Shown here in pieces: positions 27,327 through 35,761 of a stretch of DNA of 64,000 nt (position 1 is its first letter; each line of letters opens with the position of its first letter). The notes below the pieces were generated by a model. The model did not search any database. It was not told where the DNA came from and saw nothing but the letters and a program-made list of their open reading frames with translations. The position numbers were made by a program, and so were the translations under genes. Where the stretch lies: NCBI GenBank assembly GCA_024275075.1, contig JAJRZU010000054.1:6546-70545 (forward strand). Reading direction: 5' to 3'. Origin of the DNA: Deltaproteobacteria bacterium. Its GTDB lineage: Bacteria > Desulfobacterota > JAJRXV01.

Positions 27327-29483
27327 GTGAATAAGCACCTGAAAATATCGATATTCCTTATGCTGCCCGCGCTTATCGTTTTGTGTGTCTACTTCGCTTT
27401 CAAAGATATCGATACGTATGCGACCGCACCGGTAGACGTAGGCACAAAGCGATTATCCACGACAGGTGAACTGTCGCAGGGGGTGAACATAAAGCAGGCG
27501 TTCACCCCAAAATCTGACGATATCACCGCGATAGAGCTCTTTGTCGGTACGTATGCCCGCGATGATAACGAGGGAGAGTGGACGATATCTCTATTTGCCG
27601 CCGATACCGCCAAAAGGCTCATGACGAAATCTGTCAGCGTAAACGATTTTATGGATAACGGTTACGTAAAGATACCCGTGCCCGTGGTGACCGGTGTTGC
27701 GGGGAGACCGGTCACGATGATCTTCCAGTCGAACTCGCCACAGGGGAAAGGCGCCACGATCTACATCGACAAGGGCGATTCGCGTACCGGCGAGCTGACA
27801 GTGAACGGGCGGCAGGTAAAAGGGGCGCTCATCTTCAACCTGTACACGCGGCAGCTGAGCGCGCTTAGTAACCGCTCCCCATTCGCGCTCATTTCATACA
27901 TCTACATCCTGCTCGCTCTTTTGCTTTACACTTTTTACGCCATATTCAAAAGATTCCAGGGGAACCCCACACGCCTGTTAGCCGCGCTTCTCGCGCTATT
28001 CACTATGCTCAAGCTCTACTTCCTTGTATACCCTGACCTGAACATACTCTACCCGTTCATGTTCCCTGATTCCTATGAGCTGATAGCTGACGGCCTGCAC
28101 TACGCCGGTTATAACGTAAACTATTCGGTAAGGCCGCCTGCTCTGCCGCTCATCATCGCGGGCATGGAGCGGGGCGGGGTACTGTTCCTGCTGCCGCTCT
28201 TGAACCAGCTTGTCATGGTGTGGCTCGTCATCGCCATCTACAATTTCCTCAAAGAGCGGTTCGTGCCCTATGCGGCGCTCATCACCGGCGCGCTCATCTA
28301 TTTCAACTTCTTCTTGCAGGATATCACATACTACCCGCTTGCCGATATGTACGCTCTTTTGTTCATCGTGCTTAGCGTTATCAAATTCTGCCAGGCCGAA
28401 AAGGATGTGAAGAATTACATACCCGCGGCTATCTTTGCGGCAATAAGCTTCACCTTCCAGTACGCCGCGTTCCTGCTTCTGCCAGGCTACCTGATAATCA
28501 TACTGCTGTTTCGCAGGGAGCATCTGAAAAAGCGGGCGGCGCATATCGCATTCTTCACCGGTGCGGCTATCTCATCGGTATGGTTCCTCTACCGGTGGCG
28601 GGCGTTCGGTGACCCGTTTTATTCACCGAAACCATATTTCAGGCTCGTCGGCCTCCATGTGGACAGCGTATTCTTCTACCTGTTCAACCTGGTCGGCACG
28701 CTTAGCATACCCGTTACCATTTTGTTTATTACCGGTCTTTTGAAAAGCCCGTTTATGAAGGATAGCGGCGCGAAAAAGGTAAGCCTCACGATGCTGACCC
28801 TTCTGCTTTGCAATGTCGCGTTCTGGGTATTCATCTATGACTGGAATGACCGCCGGTTCATACTGTACTGGTCGCTGCCGGTATACTATTTCGTCACCTG
28901 CGCCATAGACCCGCTTGTCAGAGCGTACAGGAATGATAATCGAGCGATAAAAGCCGCCCTCATCATCATCCTCGCGATAGTGTTCATGTATAACCAGCTG
29001 GGTTACTCCGGTCATCCCCTTACGGCTGACAAGGTCGCACTCGCGCCATACAGGTTTGTCAAGGCGGCAATAGTCACCGATGGTCTGAAAATGAACTTAA
29101 GCCCTGATGACCTTGAGGTAGTGAGTGAGAAGGAGCGCCCGTTTCAGTTCATCAGCCTGACGAACCTTGTATATAATAAGTTCTTCAAGAGTAACGATGA
29201 AACAGAAGAGATCTACAGTGAACTTCTTGAGATAAAGGATTATCTGGTGAGTAATGGAGTAAGCGCCCTTCGCTACCTGCCGCACGACGAGAGCGAAGCT
29301 GTCTGGTACATCAACAAAAACCGGTTCGGTAATCCGTTGAAAGCCATCTTGAACAAAGAGCGTGACATTGGCGATATAAGCCGCGGGAGCGTTATCCTCG
29401 TCAAGAGGCCGTATCGCGCGCTTGACCTCGATGAGAGCTGGATCGTGTTTGAGATGAACCACTTCTACCTTTGCGTAAAATAA
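27327..29483 (+). CDS. Large polytopic membrane protein (N-terminal periplasmic domain, about 11 TM helices, C-terminal soluble domain)
   Basis: Signal-anchor followed by a roughly 170-aa soluble domain, then many hydrophobic helices and a roughly 150-aa C-terminal domain. Plausibly a glycosyltransferase or polymerase, but no diagnostic motif. Confidence 0.5.
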   Translation: MNKHLKISIFLMLPALIVLCVYFAFKDIDTYATAPVDVGTKRLSTTGELSQGVNIKQAFTPKSDDITAIELFVGTYARDDNEGEWTISLFAADTAKRLMTKSVSVNDFMDNGYVKIPVPVVTGVAGRPVTMIFQSNSPQGKGATIYIDKGDSRTGELTVNGRQVKGALIFNLYTRQLSALSNRSPFALISYIYILLALLLYTFYAIFKRFQGNPTRLLAALLALFTMLKLYFLVYPDLNILYPFMFPDSYELIADGLHYAGYNVNYSVRPPALPLIIAGMERGGVLFLLPLLNQLVMVWLVIAIYNFLKERFVPYAALITGALIYFNFFLQDITYYPLADMYALLFIVLSVIKFCQAEKDVKNYIPAAIFAAISFTFQYAAFLLLPGYLIIILLFRREHLKKRAAHIAFFTGAAISSVWFLYRWRAFGDPFYSPKPYFRLVGLHVDSVFFYLFNLVGTLSIPVTILFITGLLKSPFMKDSGAKKVSLTMLTLLLCNVAFWVFIYDWNDRRFILYWSLPVYYFVTCAIDPLVRAYRNDNRAIKAALIIILAIVFMYNQLGYSGHPLTADKVALAPYRFVKAAIVTDGLKMNLSPDDLEVVSEKERPFQFISLTNLVYNKFFKSNDETEEIYSELLEIKDYLVSNGVSALRYLPHDESEAVWYINKNRFGNPLKAILNKERDIGDISRGSVILVKRPYRALDLDESWIVFEMNHFYLCVK

Positions 29484-29511
29484 CCACCGCACGGCCTGAC
29501 AGATGTCCTTC

Positions 29512-29916
29512 TTATCGTTTTTCGCGGGGATGGAAAAATCCTTTGATACAGTTATGCTTGCGCACGCAGATCTGGATGTGGTTTTTCTCTTTAAAACCGG
29601 CATTTTCATATAGATCTTTACCTTCCCAGAAGACACCACGCACAGAGTCAAACGGCGCTTTCCCCTCATCCCTGTAAAATTTATGAGTAGTTTCAATAAC
29701 AGCACAGTCCAGTCTACGCTTTAGCAGGGCTCTCTCTTGCCCTAATGGTTTATTCTCTGGTAAAATAAGTCCACGTTCTTTATATAGCATTGCAAGACGG
29801 TCATAATCATTTTCACTTGGTTCTAAGTACTTATTATTAGAATTGATAATATTATCAACAACTTCCTTGTCGCAACCGTGGAAACCAAGAACAAAAGATG
29901 GAAGGGCTTTATACAT
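29512..29916 (-). CDS. Hypothetical 134-aa protein with LGFHGC motif, in a low-GC islet
   Basis: ORF in AT-rich DNA, overlapping the upstream small gene by 8 nt. FHGC plus later Y/E residues faintly suggest an H-Y-E ADP-ribosyltransferase-like fold (speculative). Confidence 0.45.
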   Translation of the reverse strand: MYKALPSFVLGFHGCDKEVVDNIINSNNKYLEPSENDYDRLAMLYKERGLILPENKPLGQERALLKRRLDCAVIETTHKFYRDEGKAPFDSVRGVFWEGKDLYENAGFKEKNHIQICVRKHNCIKGFFHPREKR

Positions 29917-30160
29917 TCTTATTAGCTTGCCTGTAAGGTTTTCTCACATTACCCTTAGGGGTACAGATACCTATATCAATCAACTGCTTTAAGGCGAGTT
30001 TCTTAGCTTCTTCTTTGGGTAATTTAGCAAACTGTTCAGCAAGTTGCTTGTTAGACTCTCTTATTTCTCTGGCTACTTGTTTGGCTACTTGTTTTGCTAC
30101 TTGTTTGGCTACTTGTTTGGCTACTTGTTTTGCTTCTTGTTTTGCTTCTTGAGTGGTCAT
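29909..30160 (-). CDS. Small (83 aa) protein with (KQVA)n tetrapeptide tandem repeat
   Basis: EAKQEAKQVAKQVAKQVAKQVAKQVAREI is encoded by 6-7 tandem 12-nt units. Translationally coupled to the 134-aa ORF. Confidence 0.45.
   Translation of the reverse strand: MTTQEAKQEAKQVAKQVAKQVAKQVAKQVAREIRESNKQLAEQFAKLPKEEAKKLALKQLIDIGICTPKGNVRKPYRQANKNV
30071..30148. repeat. Tandem 12-bp repeat (GGCTACTTGTTT)n within the small ORF
   Basis: About 6.5 perfect or near-perfect 12-nt units. In-frame, so a candidate for length variation. Confidence 0.8.
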
Positions 30161-30245
30161 AACTCTTATCCCCTTTATTGATGATAAAAATATAGCGCTT
30201 TATTAAGGTATTGTCAACTCATCTTTGTTTCTAAATAAAAATAGC

Positions 30246-30274
30246 TTGACATTAAAAGCTTGAAAAACATAATA
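30246..30274 (+). promoter_or_regulatory. Sigma-70-type promoter for hom (TTGACA-17-ATAATA)
   Basis: Perfect -35, 17-nt spacer and good -10, about 110 nt upstream of the hom ATG. Confidence 0.5.
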
Positions 30275-30382
30275 TTAGCAGAATGTAGGGTGGGCTGTGT
30301 CCACCAATAAAATATTAAAACAAAAAAATCTGTGCACTCTGTGTTGTACTCTGTGCACTCTGTGGTAAAAAAAGGAGTCCTT

Positions 30383-31693
30383 ATGAAACGTATAAATATC
30401 GGGTTGATCGGGTTCGGTACTATCGGCGCCGGAGTCGTCAAGCTGTTGAAAAAGAACAGCGCTTTGATATCGCACAAAACCGGTGTCAAGCTTGTACTCA
30501 AGAAGATAGCCGATCTGGACATCACCACCGACCGCGGCGTAAAGGTGGACAAAGGGGTGCTTACGACCAATGTAGATGATATTTTGCGCGACCGGGAAAT
30601 CGATATCGTGATCGAGCTCATCGGTGGTTATAAGCCGGCGAAGGAGTTCATCCTGCGGGCGATAAAGAGCGGTAAGCACCTTGTCACCGCGAACAAGGCT
30701 ATGTTGGCTGTGCACGGCGACTCGATATTCGCCGCCGCCGCAAAAAACAGCGTCCATCTGGGCTTCGAGGCGGCCGTATGCGGCGGGATACCGATCATCC
30801 GCTCGATAAAAGAGGGTCTTTGCGCGACGAAGATATCCTCGTTCTACTGGATATTCAATGGAACGTGCAACTATATCCTGACAAAGATGACGAAGGAGGG
30901 CGAGAAATTCGACGATGTCCTGAAAGAGGCGCAAAGACTCGGTTATGCCGAAGCCGACCCGACATTTGATATCCAGGGCATTGATACGGCGCATAAGCTC
31001 GCGATATTGATAATGTTATCTTTTGGTACAAAGGTGCGGTTCAAGGATATTTACACAGAAGGGATATCAAACATCGCCCCGATAGATATTGAGTTTGCGA
31101 GCAATCTTGGTTATAAGATAAAGCTGATCGCGATCGCACGCAATGACGGTAAGAGCGTTCAGGCGCGCGTGCACCCGACGATGCTGAAGTCAGACCACCC
31201 GCTCGCGACAGTCGGTGACGTCTATAACGCCGTGTATGTCAACACCGACGCGACAGGCCCGACGATGTTCTACGGTAAGGGCGCGGGTATGATGCCGACC
31301 GCGAGCGCTGTGCTAAGCGACGTGATAGAGGCCGCGCGGGGCATTGCCCAGGGGTTCTCAGGCAGGGTACCGCTTTTGTCGTTAAAGGATGAGTTCATGA
31401 AGGAGATACCGATAAAACCGATAGGGGAGACTGCCAGCAAGTATTACATGAGGATAACCGTGAAGGATAAACCCGGCGTACTGTCAAAGATCGCCGGTAT
31501 ACTTGGTGATAACGGTATCAGCCTCGAATCTGTTATCCAGAAGGGTAAGCCGTCTTCAAAGAACGTGCCGATAGTCCTGCAGACGCACCACGCGCCCGAT
31601 TCTGGGTTCAAAAACGCTATCAGGAGGATCGATAAGCTGAGCTTTGTCACAAAGAAGACCGTATACATTCGGATCGAAGACCAGCTCGAATAA
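30383..31693 (+). CDS. hom: Homoserine dehydrogenase (with C-terminal ACT domain)
   Basis: RBS AAAGGAG then ATG at 30383 (the track ORF starts upstream at 30332). Motifs INIGLIGFGTIGAGV, NAD-binding and catalytic domains, and a C-terminal ACT domain (YYMRITVKDKPGVLSKIAGILGDNGISL). Confidence 0.9.
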   Translation: MKRINIGLIGFGTIGAGVVKLLKKNSALISHKTGVKLVLKKIADLDITTDRGVKVDKGVLTTNVDDILRDREIDIVIELIGGYKPAKEFILRAIKSGKHLVTANKAMLAVHGDSIFAAAAKNSVHLGFEAAVCGGIPIIRSIKEGLCATKISSFYWIFNGTCNYILTKMTKEGEKFDDVLKEAQRLGYAEADPTFDIQGIDTAHKLAILIMLSFGTKVRFKDIYTEGISNIAPIDIEFASNLGYKIKLIAIARNDGKSVQARVHPTMLKSDHPLATVGDVYNAVYVNTDATGPTMFYGKGAGMMPTASAVLSDVIEAARGIAQGFSGRVPLLSLKDEFMKEIPIKPIGETASKYYMRITVKDKPGVLSKIAGILGDNGISLESVIQKGKPSSKNVPIVLQTHHAPDSGFKNAIRRIDKLSFVTKKTVYIRIEDQLE

Positions 31694-31710
31694 TAAGGAG
31701 ACGCGCTGAC

Positions 31711-33621
31711 ATGAATAAAACGAAATGGCTCATAATTCTGTTTATACTCACTTTCGGGCTGACCGCCTGTTCATCATCCAGTGATAAGGGGGAAACGCCG
31801 GTGGAAGCGGTGGATTACCACGAGGTCGGCTGGGGGGAGATAGGGCACCAGTCGTCCGCTGTGAGTAGCCTTGACACGTGCAGGAGCTGCCATGGCGACG
31901 ACTTCTTCGGCGGCTCCTCGGGTGTCGATTGCTACAACTGCCACTTCGGCCCCACGGGCGGGTACGTGCCGTCAGAGATAGCCGTCATAAGGGGTATCGC
32001 ACCGGTGACAGACGAGTCCGACGGTTCGGGCAGTCCGGTGGTCACGTCCTCCTTACCGAACGCAGCGGTAAATTCATACATATATTTGCAGGTAAATGCA
32101 AGCGAGGTGGATGATACCGCCGCCGTAGCGTGGAGCCTGTCCGCCGCGCCGCCTGGCTCCGCCTCCGCGATAACACAGATAAACAGCGAAAACATAAAGT
32201 TCTTCGCTGACACGAAGGGCTTTTATACCGTTACGGTAACAGCGGCGCGAAACGGCGAAGCGGTATCCGAAGAGGTAGTTATCTACGCGAACGCGTACAC
32301 CGGCGCGGCTGCCTGCGCAACCTGCCACAGCGGCGAGTACGATGATTATATGACAACCGGTCACGCGACTGTCGGTGACGCCCTCATCGAAGGGTACTTT
32401 ACCGGTGCGGTCGGGAACCTCGCGGCTGAGTGCTTTTATTGCCACACAACCGGCTACGATCCCGCCGGTAACGCCGAGAATGGCGGCTTCGACGATGCCG
32501 CAGATGAGGCCGGTTTCACTATTGACAGCCTTGCGTCCTTAGACGATTTTGATGATTTTAAGGCCGCGTACCCGACAGTAAACGCGCTGTTGAACGTGCA
32601 GTGCGAGAACTGCCACGGACCCGGCGAAGAGCATAAAGGCGTCTCATCATTAAGCGAGAGCGTCTGCGGTCAGTGCCACGATTCCGGTGGCGGTGCCATA
32701 CACTCATACCAGATAAAAACGTACCAGTGGCGGCTTTCAGCCCATTCGGATTACGACTCCGCCGCGTTCACAACGCCTGTCGGTGACGAGCACGCCCAGT
32801 GCGCAGCCTGCCACAGCGGCGCGGGTTTCATCGACAACGCAAACGGCGTAGCGTCAGAGAGCCTGCGCACCGGTACACAACCGGTAACGTGCGCGGTCTG
32901 CCACGACCCGCACAAAGGCGGCGGCGGGCACCAGCTGCGCGCGGTTAGTGACATTACTCTCGCCGGCGGCGAGGTCATCAGCGGCGGCGGCGACGGCAGA
33001 TTGTGCATGAACTGCCACAGATCACCGGTGGATGCCGAGAGCTACGCGGCGCAGTATCACGAAAGCTACGGCGCTCACTACAGCCCGCAGGCGGAGATGC
33101 TATTTGGCGCAGGCGGCATCGAGTACGGCGAGGAGATCGCGTCGTCACCCCACATAAGCGCCGTCACCGACTCCTGCGTCGGGTGTCACATGGCGTCACC
33201 GAACGTTTCCGCGCTATTTGACGATGACGCGAAGGCTTACAAGGCGGGCGGGCATACTTTTAATATGAGCTACGACGCACTCGAGAACACGGCGGTGTGC
33301 CAGAGCTGCCACAGCGGGCTGACACAGTTTAACATCACAGCGCAGGCCGACTATGACGGTGACGGCGCGGTCGAGGGTGTGCAGGATGAAGTAAAGGGTC
33401 TGTTAGAGGTGCTCGCGATTAAACTGCCACCGCAAGATGATCCGGCGGTGACGGTCACCGCCGACTACACGGAAGCCGAGCTGAAAGCGGCGTATAACTA
33501 TACTTTCGTTGAACGTGACAAAAGCCTTGGTATCCACAACTTCGGGTATGCCGTAGATCTTTTGCAAACGACATACAGAAACTTAACCGGTGCGGATATC
33601 CCAGGCGGCGACATATATTAG
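31711..33621 (+). CDS. Multiheme c-type cytochrome lipoprotein (11 CxxCH motifs)
   Basis: Lipobox LTAC after signal peptide. Eleven CxxCH heme-binding sites (CRSCH, CYNCH, CATCH, CFYCH, CENCH, CGQCH, CAACH, CAVCH, CMNCH, CVGCH, CQSCH). Confidence 0.85.
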   Translation: MNKTKWLIILFILTFGLTACSSSSDKGETPVEAVDYHEVGWGEIGHQSSAVSSLDTCRSCHGDDFFGGSSGVDCYNCHFGPTGGYVPSEIAVIRGIAPVTDESDGSGSPVVTSSLPNAAVNSYIYLQVNASEVDDTAAVAWSLSAAPPGSASAITQINSENIKFFADTKGFYTVTVTAARNGEAVSEEVVIYANAYTGAAACATCHSGEYDDYMTTGHATVGDALIEGYFTGAVGNLAAECFYCHTTGYDPAGNAENGGFDDAADEAGFTIDSLASLDDFDDFKAAYPTVNALLNVQCENCHGPGEEHKGVSSLSESVCGQCHDSGGGAIHSYQIKTYQWRLSAHSDYDSAAFTTPVGDEHAQCAACHSGAGFIDNANGVASESLRTGTQPVTCAVCHDPHKGGGGHQLRAVSDITLAGGEVISGGGDGRLCMNCHRSPVDAESYAAQYHESYGAHYSPQAEMLFGAGGIEYGEEIASSPHISAVTDSCVGCHMASPNVSALFDDDAKAYKAGGHTFNMSYDALENTAVCQSCHSGLTQFNITAQADYDGDGAVEGVQDEVKGLLEVLAIKLPPQDDPAVTVTADYTEAELKAAYNYTFVERDKSLGIHNFGYAVDLLQTTYRNLTGADIPGGDIY

Positions 33622-33624
33622 AAA

Positions 33625-33700
33625 CACCCACCCCCATGCCCACTCTCATCAAGGCGGGGGGGGGAGGTTTTTTTCAACCCCTGAATATCCGGGATATTAC
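33625..33700. terminator. Convergent-gene terminator region (poly-C/poly-G hairpin plus AATATCCGGGATATT palindrome)
   Basis: cacccaccccc...ggggggggGAGGTTTTTTT and a 15-nt perfect palindrome between the convergent cytochrome and OMP genes. Confidence 0.45.
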
Positions 33701-33701
33701 A

Positions 33702-34430
33702 TCAGAAACTGACGCCTAATTTCAAAGTGGTCATATTATTATCCAGAACATCCGTCTGGATCGTAAGGTTTATCAAAAGGAGCGATACCTTGAGTCCGGC
33801 GTATATGCTCGGGTTCGCTTCTGATTCGCTGGCAAGCTCTTCGACATCCGCGTCGGCGCTGGTGACCTTACCGGTGGAGACGATGTAATCCGCACCGACA
33901 AAAGGCGTGATGAAGAGAATCTCCTTGCTCGTCTGTATACCTAACCCGTACGTAGTGATATCGATATTATCCACACCCAAAAGTGTGCTGTACATTGCTC
34001 TAAGCCCGACCGCGGGGGTCATCATACCATCTTCAAACACAGCCCATCTCACCTCACCGCCAACAGCCTGTATGTTGCTGCCAACAGCCTTCGTCAGCTC
34101 GACGCCCAGGTCGATGGAGTACGGCAGACCCTTTTGAACGTGCAACCTTGTCAGGTACAACTTATCGTCCGCGTCGCTATCCTCCCTGAAGATGTTGTCG
34201 ATCTCGTCGAGCTTGCAAACGCTCGCCTCAACACCGATATCGACGCCGAGCACGAGCCCCAGAGGGTCAGCCGGTGTCGTTGCTGGTATCGATATCGCGT
34301 ACCCGATCTCTTTTGTCATGCTCACCAGCTCTTCAGATGTCTCGATATTCGCCGCGTCGATGTCATTTTTTCCGGCGAAAGCAGTAGTCGCGAATAACAT
34401 AACCGCAAGTATTATCAGTATCTTTTTCAT
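33702..34430 (-). CDS. Outer-membrane beta-barrel protein (porin/OMP-like)
   Basis: Signal peptide (MKKILIILAVMLFATTAFA), alternating amphipathic beta-strand pattern and a C-terminal Phe. Confidence 0.6.
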   Translation of the reverse strand: MKKILIILAVMLFATTAFAGKNDIDAANIETSEELVSMTKEIGYAISIPATTPADPLGLVLGVDIGVEASVCKLDEIDNIFREDSDADDKLYLTRLHVQKGLPYSIDLGVELTKAVGSNIQAVGGEVRWAVFEDGMMTPAVGLRAMYSTLLGVDNIDITTYGLGIQTSKEILFITPFVGADYIVSTGKVTSADADVEELASESEANPSIYAGLKVSLLLINLTIQTDVLDNNMTTLKLGVSF

Positions 34431-34431
34431 G

Positions 34432-35376
34432 TTAGTCCCCCATTTTTTCTATTATCCCCGCCGAAAGCAGCGGTATCATTATCTCGTGATGACCGGTCAG
34501 CGTGTAACCCGTTCCGCCGCCCTTTGTCGGGCGCCTGACGACATTTGTCACCGGCCTGTAGTGCTGGATAAAATCCATGTTGACGGCGGTGAAATCCGTC
34601 AGGTCGTGCCCTAAGTTGCTGACAAGACTCACGGCTTTCAAGAAGACTTCGGGCAGGATCACCGCGCTCCCGATATTGAAATATACGCCGCCCGCGAGCT
34701 TCGCGATGACTGACGAGAATATCCGAAAGTCCCCTAATGACGCGGCGGCAAACAGCTTCGCCGGGAATTTTGGGTGGATGTGGATGATATCGGTACCGAT
34801 CGCTATATGGACGGTCAGCGGGATATCAGCCCTTCGCGCCGCGGCGATTACGCTTAATGATTTGTGCGGCATGTCGCTTGAGTTTATGGCGTCCCCGATG
34901 ATGCCGCCAAGGCCGGTGTCCGTGCTCGCGCAGTCATTGAGCGCCCCGTTCAGGAAATCCGCCGTCTCTCTCGCCATCCCGAAGTTACCGGTTTTCAAGG
35001 ATGCCGCGACGTCCTCGGAGGTCTGACCTGTCATCGCCAGCTCGGAATCGTGGATGATACCGGCGCCGTTCAACGCGATGGCGTCAACGATACCTCTTTC
35101 CACCAGATCGATTATTATTGGGTTGAGACCGGTTTTGATGGTGTGCGCGCCCATAGCGAAAACGACTATAGAGCCGTTTGACTTCGCTTCGACGACCTTG
35201 TCGATCACCTTGCGCAGGTTACCGGCGGCAAGGATATTCGGCAAGGAGTCCATGAACTGGCTAAAGGAGCCGCCGCTTATGTGCGGTTTGGCAAAATCCG
35301 CGGCGTTCACTTTACTCTTTCTATCTTTTATGGAATACGTTTTGACCTTATCGTAATCAATCTCATCGAATTTCAT
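34432..35376 (-). CDS. Deoxyhypusine-synthase-like protein
   Basis: Start at internal Met MKFDEIDY (35376). The upstream part of the track ORF is an artefact of translating through tRNA-Ala. Motifs GIVDAIALNGAGIIHD and GGVYFNIGSAVILPE resemble the DHS family. Confidence 0.5.
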   Translation of the reverse strand: MKFDEIDYDKVKTYSIKDRKSKVNAADFAKPHISGGSFSQFMDSLPNILAAGNLRKVIDKVVEAKSNGSIVVFAMGAHTIKTGLNPIIIDLVERGIVDAIALNGAGIIHDSELAMTGQTSEDVAASLKTGNFGMARETADFLNGALNDCASTDTGLGGIIGDAINSSDMPHKSLSVIAAARRADIPLTVHIAIGTDIIHIHPKFPAKLFAAASLGDFRIFSSVIAKLAGGVYFNIGSAVILPEVFLKAVSLVSNLGHDLTDFTAVNMDFIQHYRPVTNVVRRPTKGGGTGYTLTGHHEIMIPLLSAGIIEKMGD

Positions 35377-35414
35377 GCTGTTCTCATCAAAAAGATTTGC
35401 GTGCAAGAAAATTT

Positions 35415-35490
35415 TGGTGGAGCTGGACGGGATCGAACCGACGACCTCTTGACTGCCAGTCAAGCACTCTCCCAACTGAGCTACAGCCCC
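35415..35490 (-). tRNA. tRNA-Ala (anticodon GGC)
   Basis: GGGGCTGTAGCTCAGTTGGGAGAGTGCTTGACTGGCAGTCAAGAGGTCGTCGGTTCGATCCCGTCCAGCTCCACCA. Cloverleaf with G3:U70 Ala identity pair, anticodon loop CT-GGC-AG, T-loop GGTTCGATCC and encoded CCA. Confidence 0.9.
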
Positions 35491-35761
35491 ACCTGTCTGC
35501 TTTTCTAACATTTATTTTTATTGTTGTCAACTTTTTAGTTTCGCAAGGAGTTTTCCTGTTTTTTCAATCTAATTATATAAATATACAAAAGTATGCGCAA
35601 ATTCCCCTCATCTATTCTTTTCTTTTGCAAAAATACATTTTTTATTCTATTATGCCTGAGATATTTACTTATATCATGGGACTTAAGCCAAATAGAATAA
35701 AATACATATTTTCAAAAAATCCTATGTTATAAGTTATTAATATTACGGGGCGCCCTTTAAA

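Noticed and set aside
29097-29705. 202-aa minus-strand ORF spanning the 3' end of the membrane-protein gene and the islet
   Set aside because: Antisense to a strongly supported gene and crosses the compositional boundary; shadow ORF.
30329-30362. Possible sigma-54 promoter in the hom leader (CTGTGCAC..TTGTA)
   Set aside because: It has TG instead of the invariant GG at -24 and wrong spacing. The repeats are better explained as an operator or leader motif.
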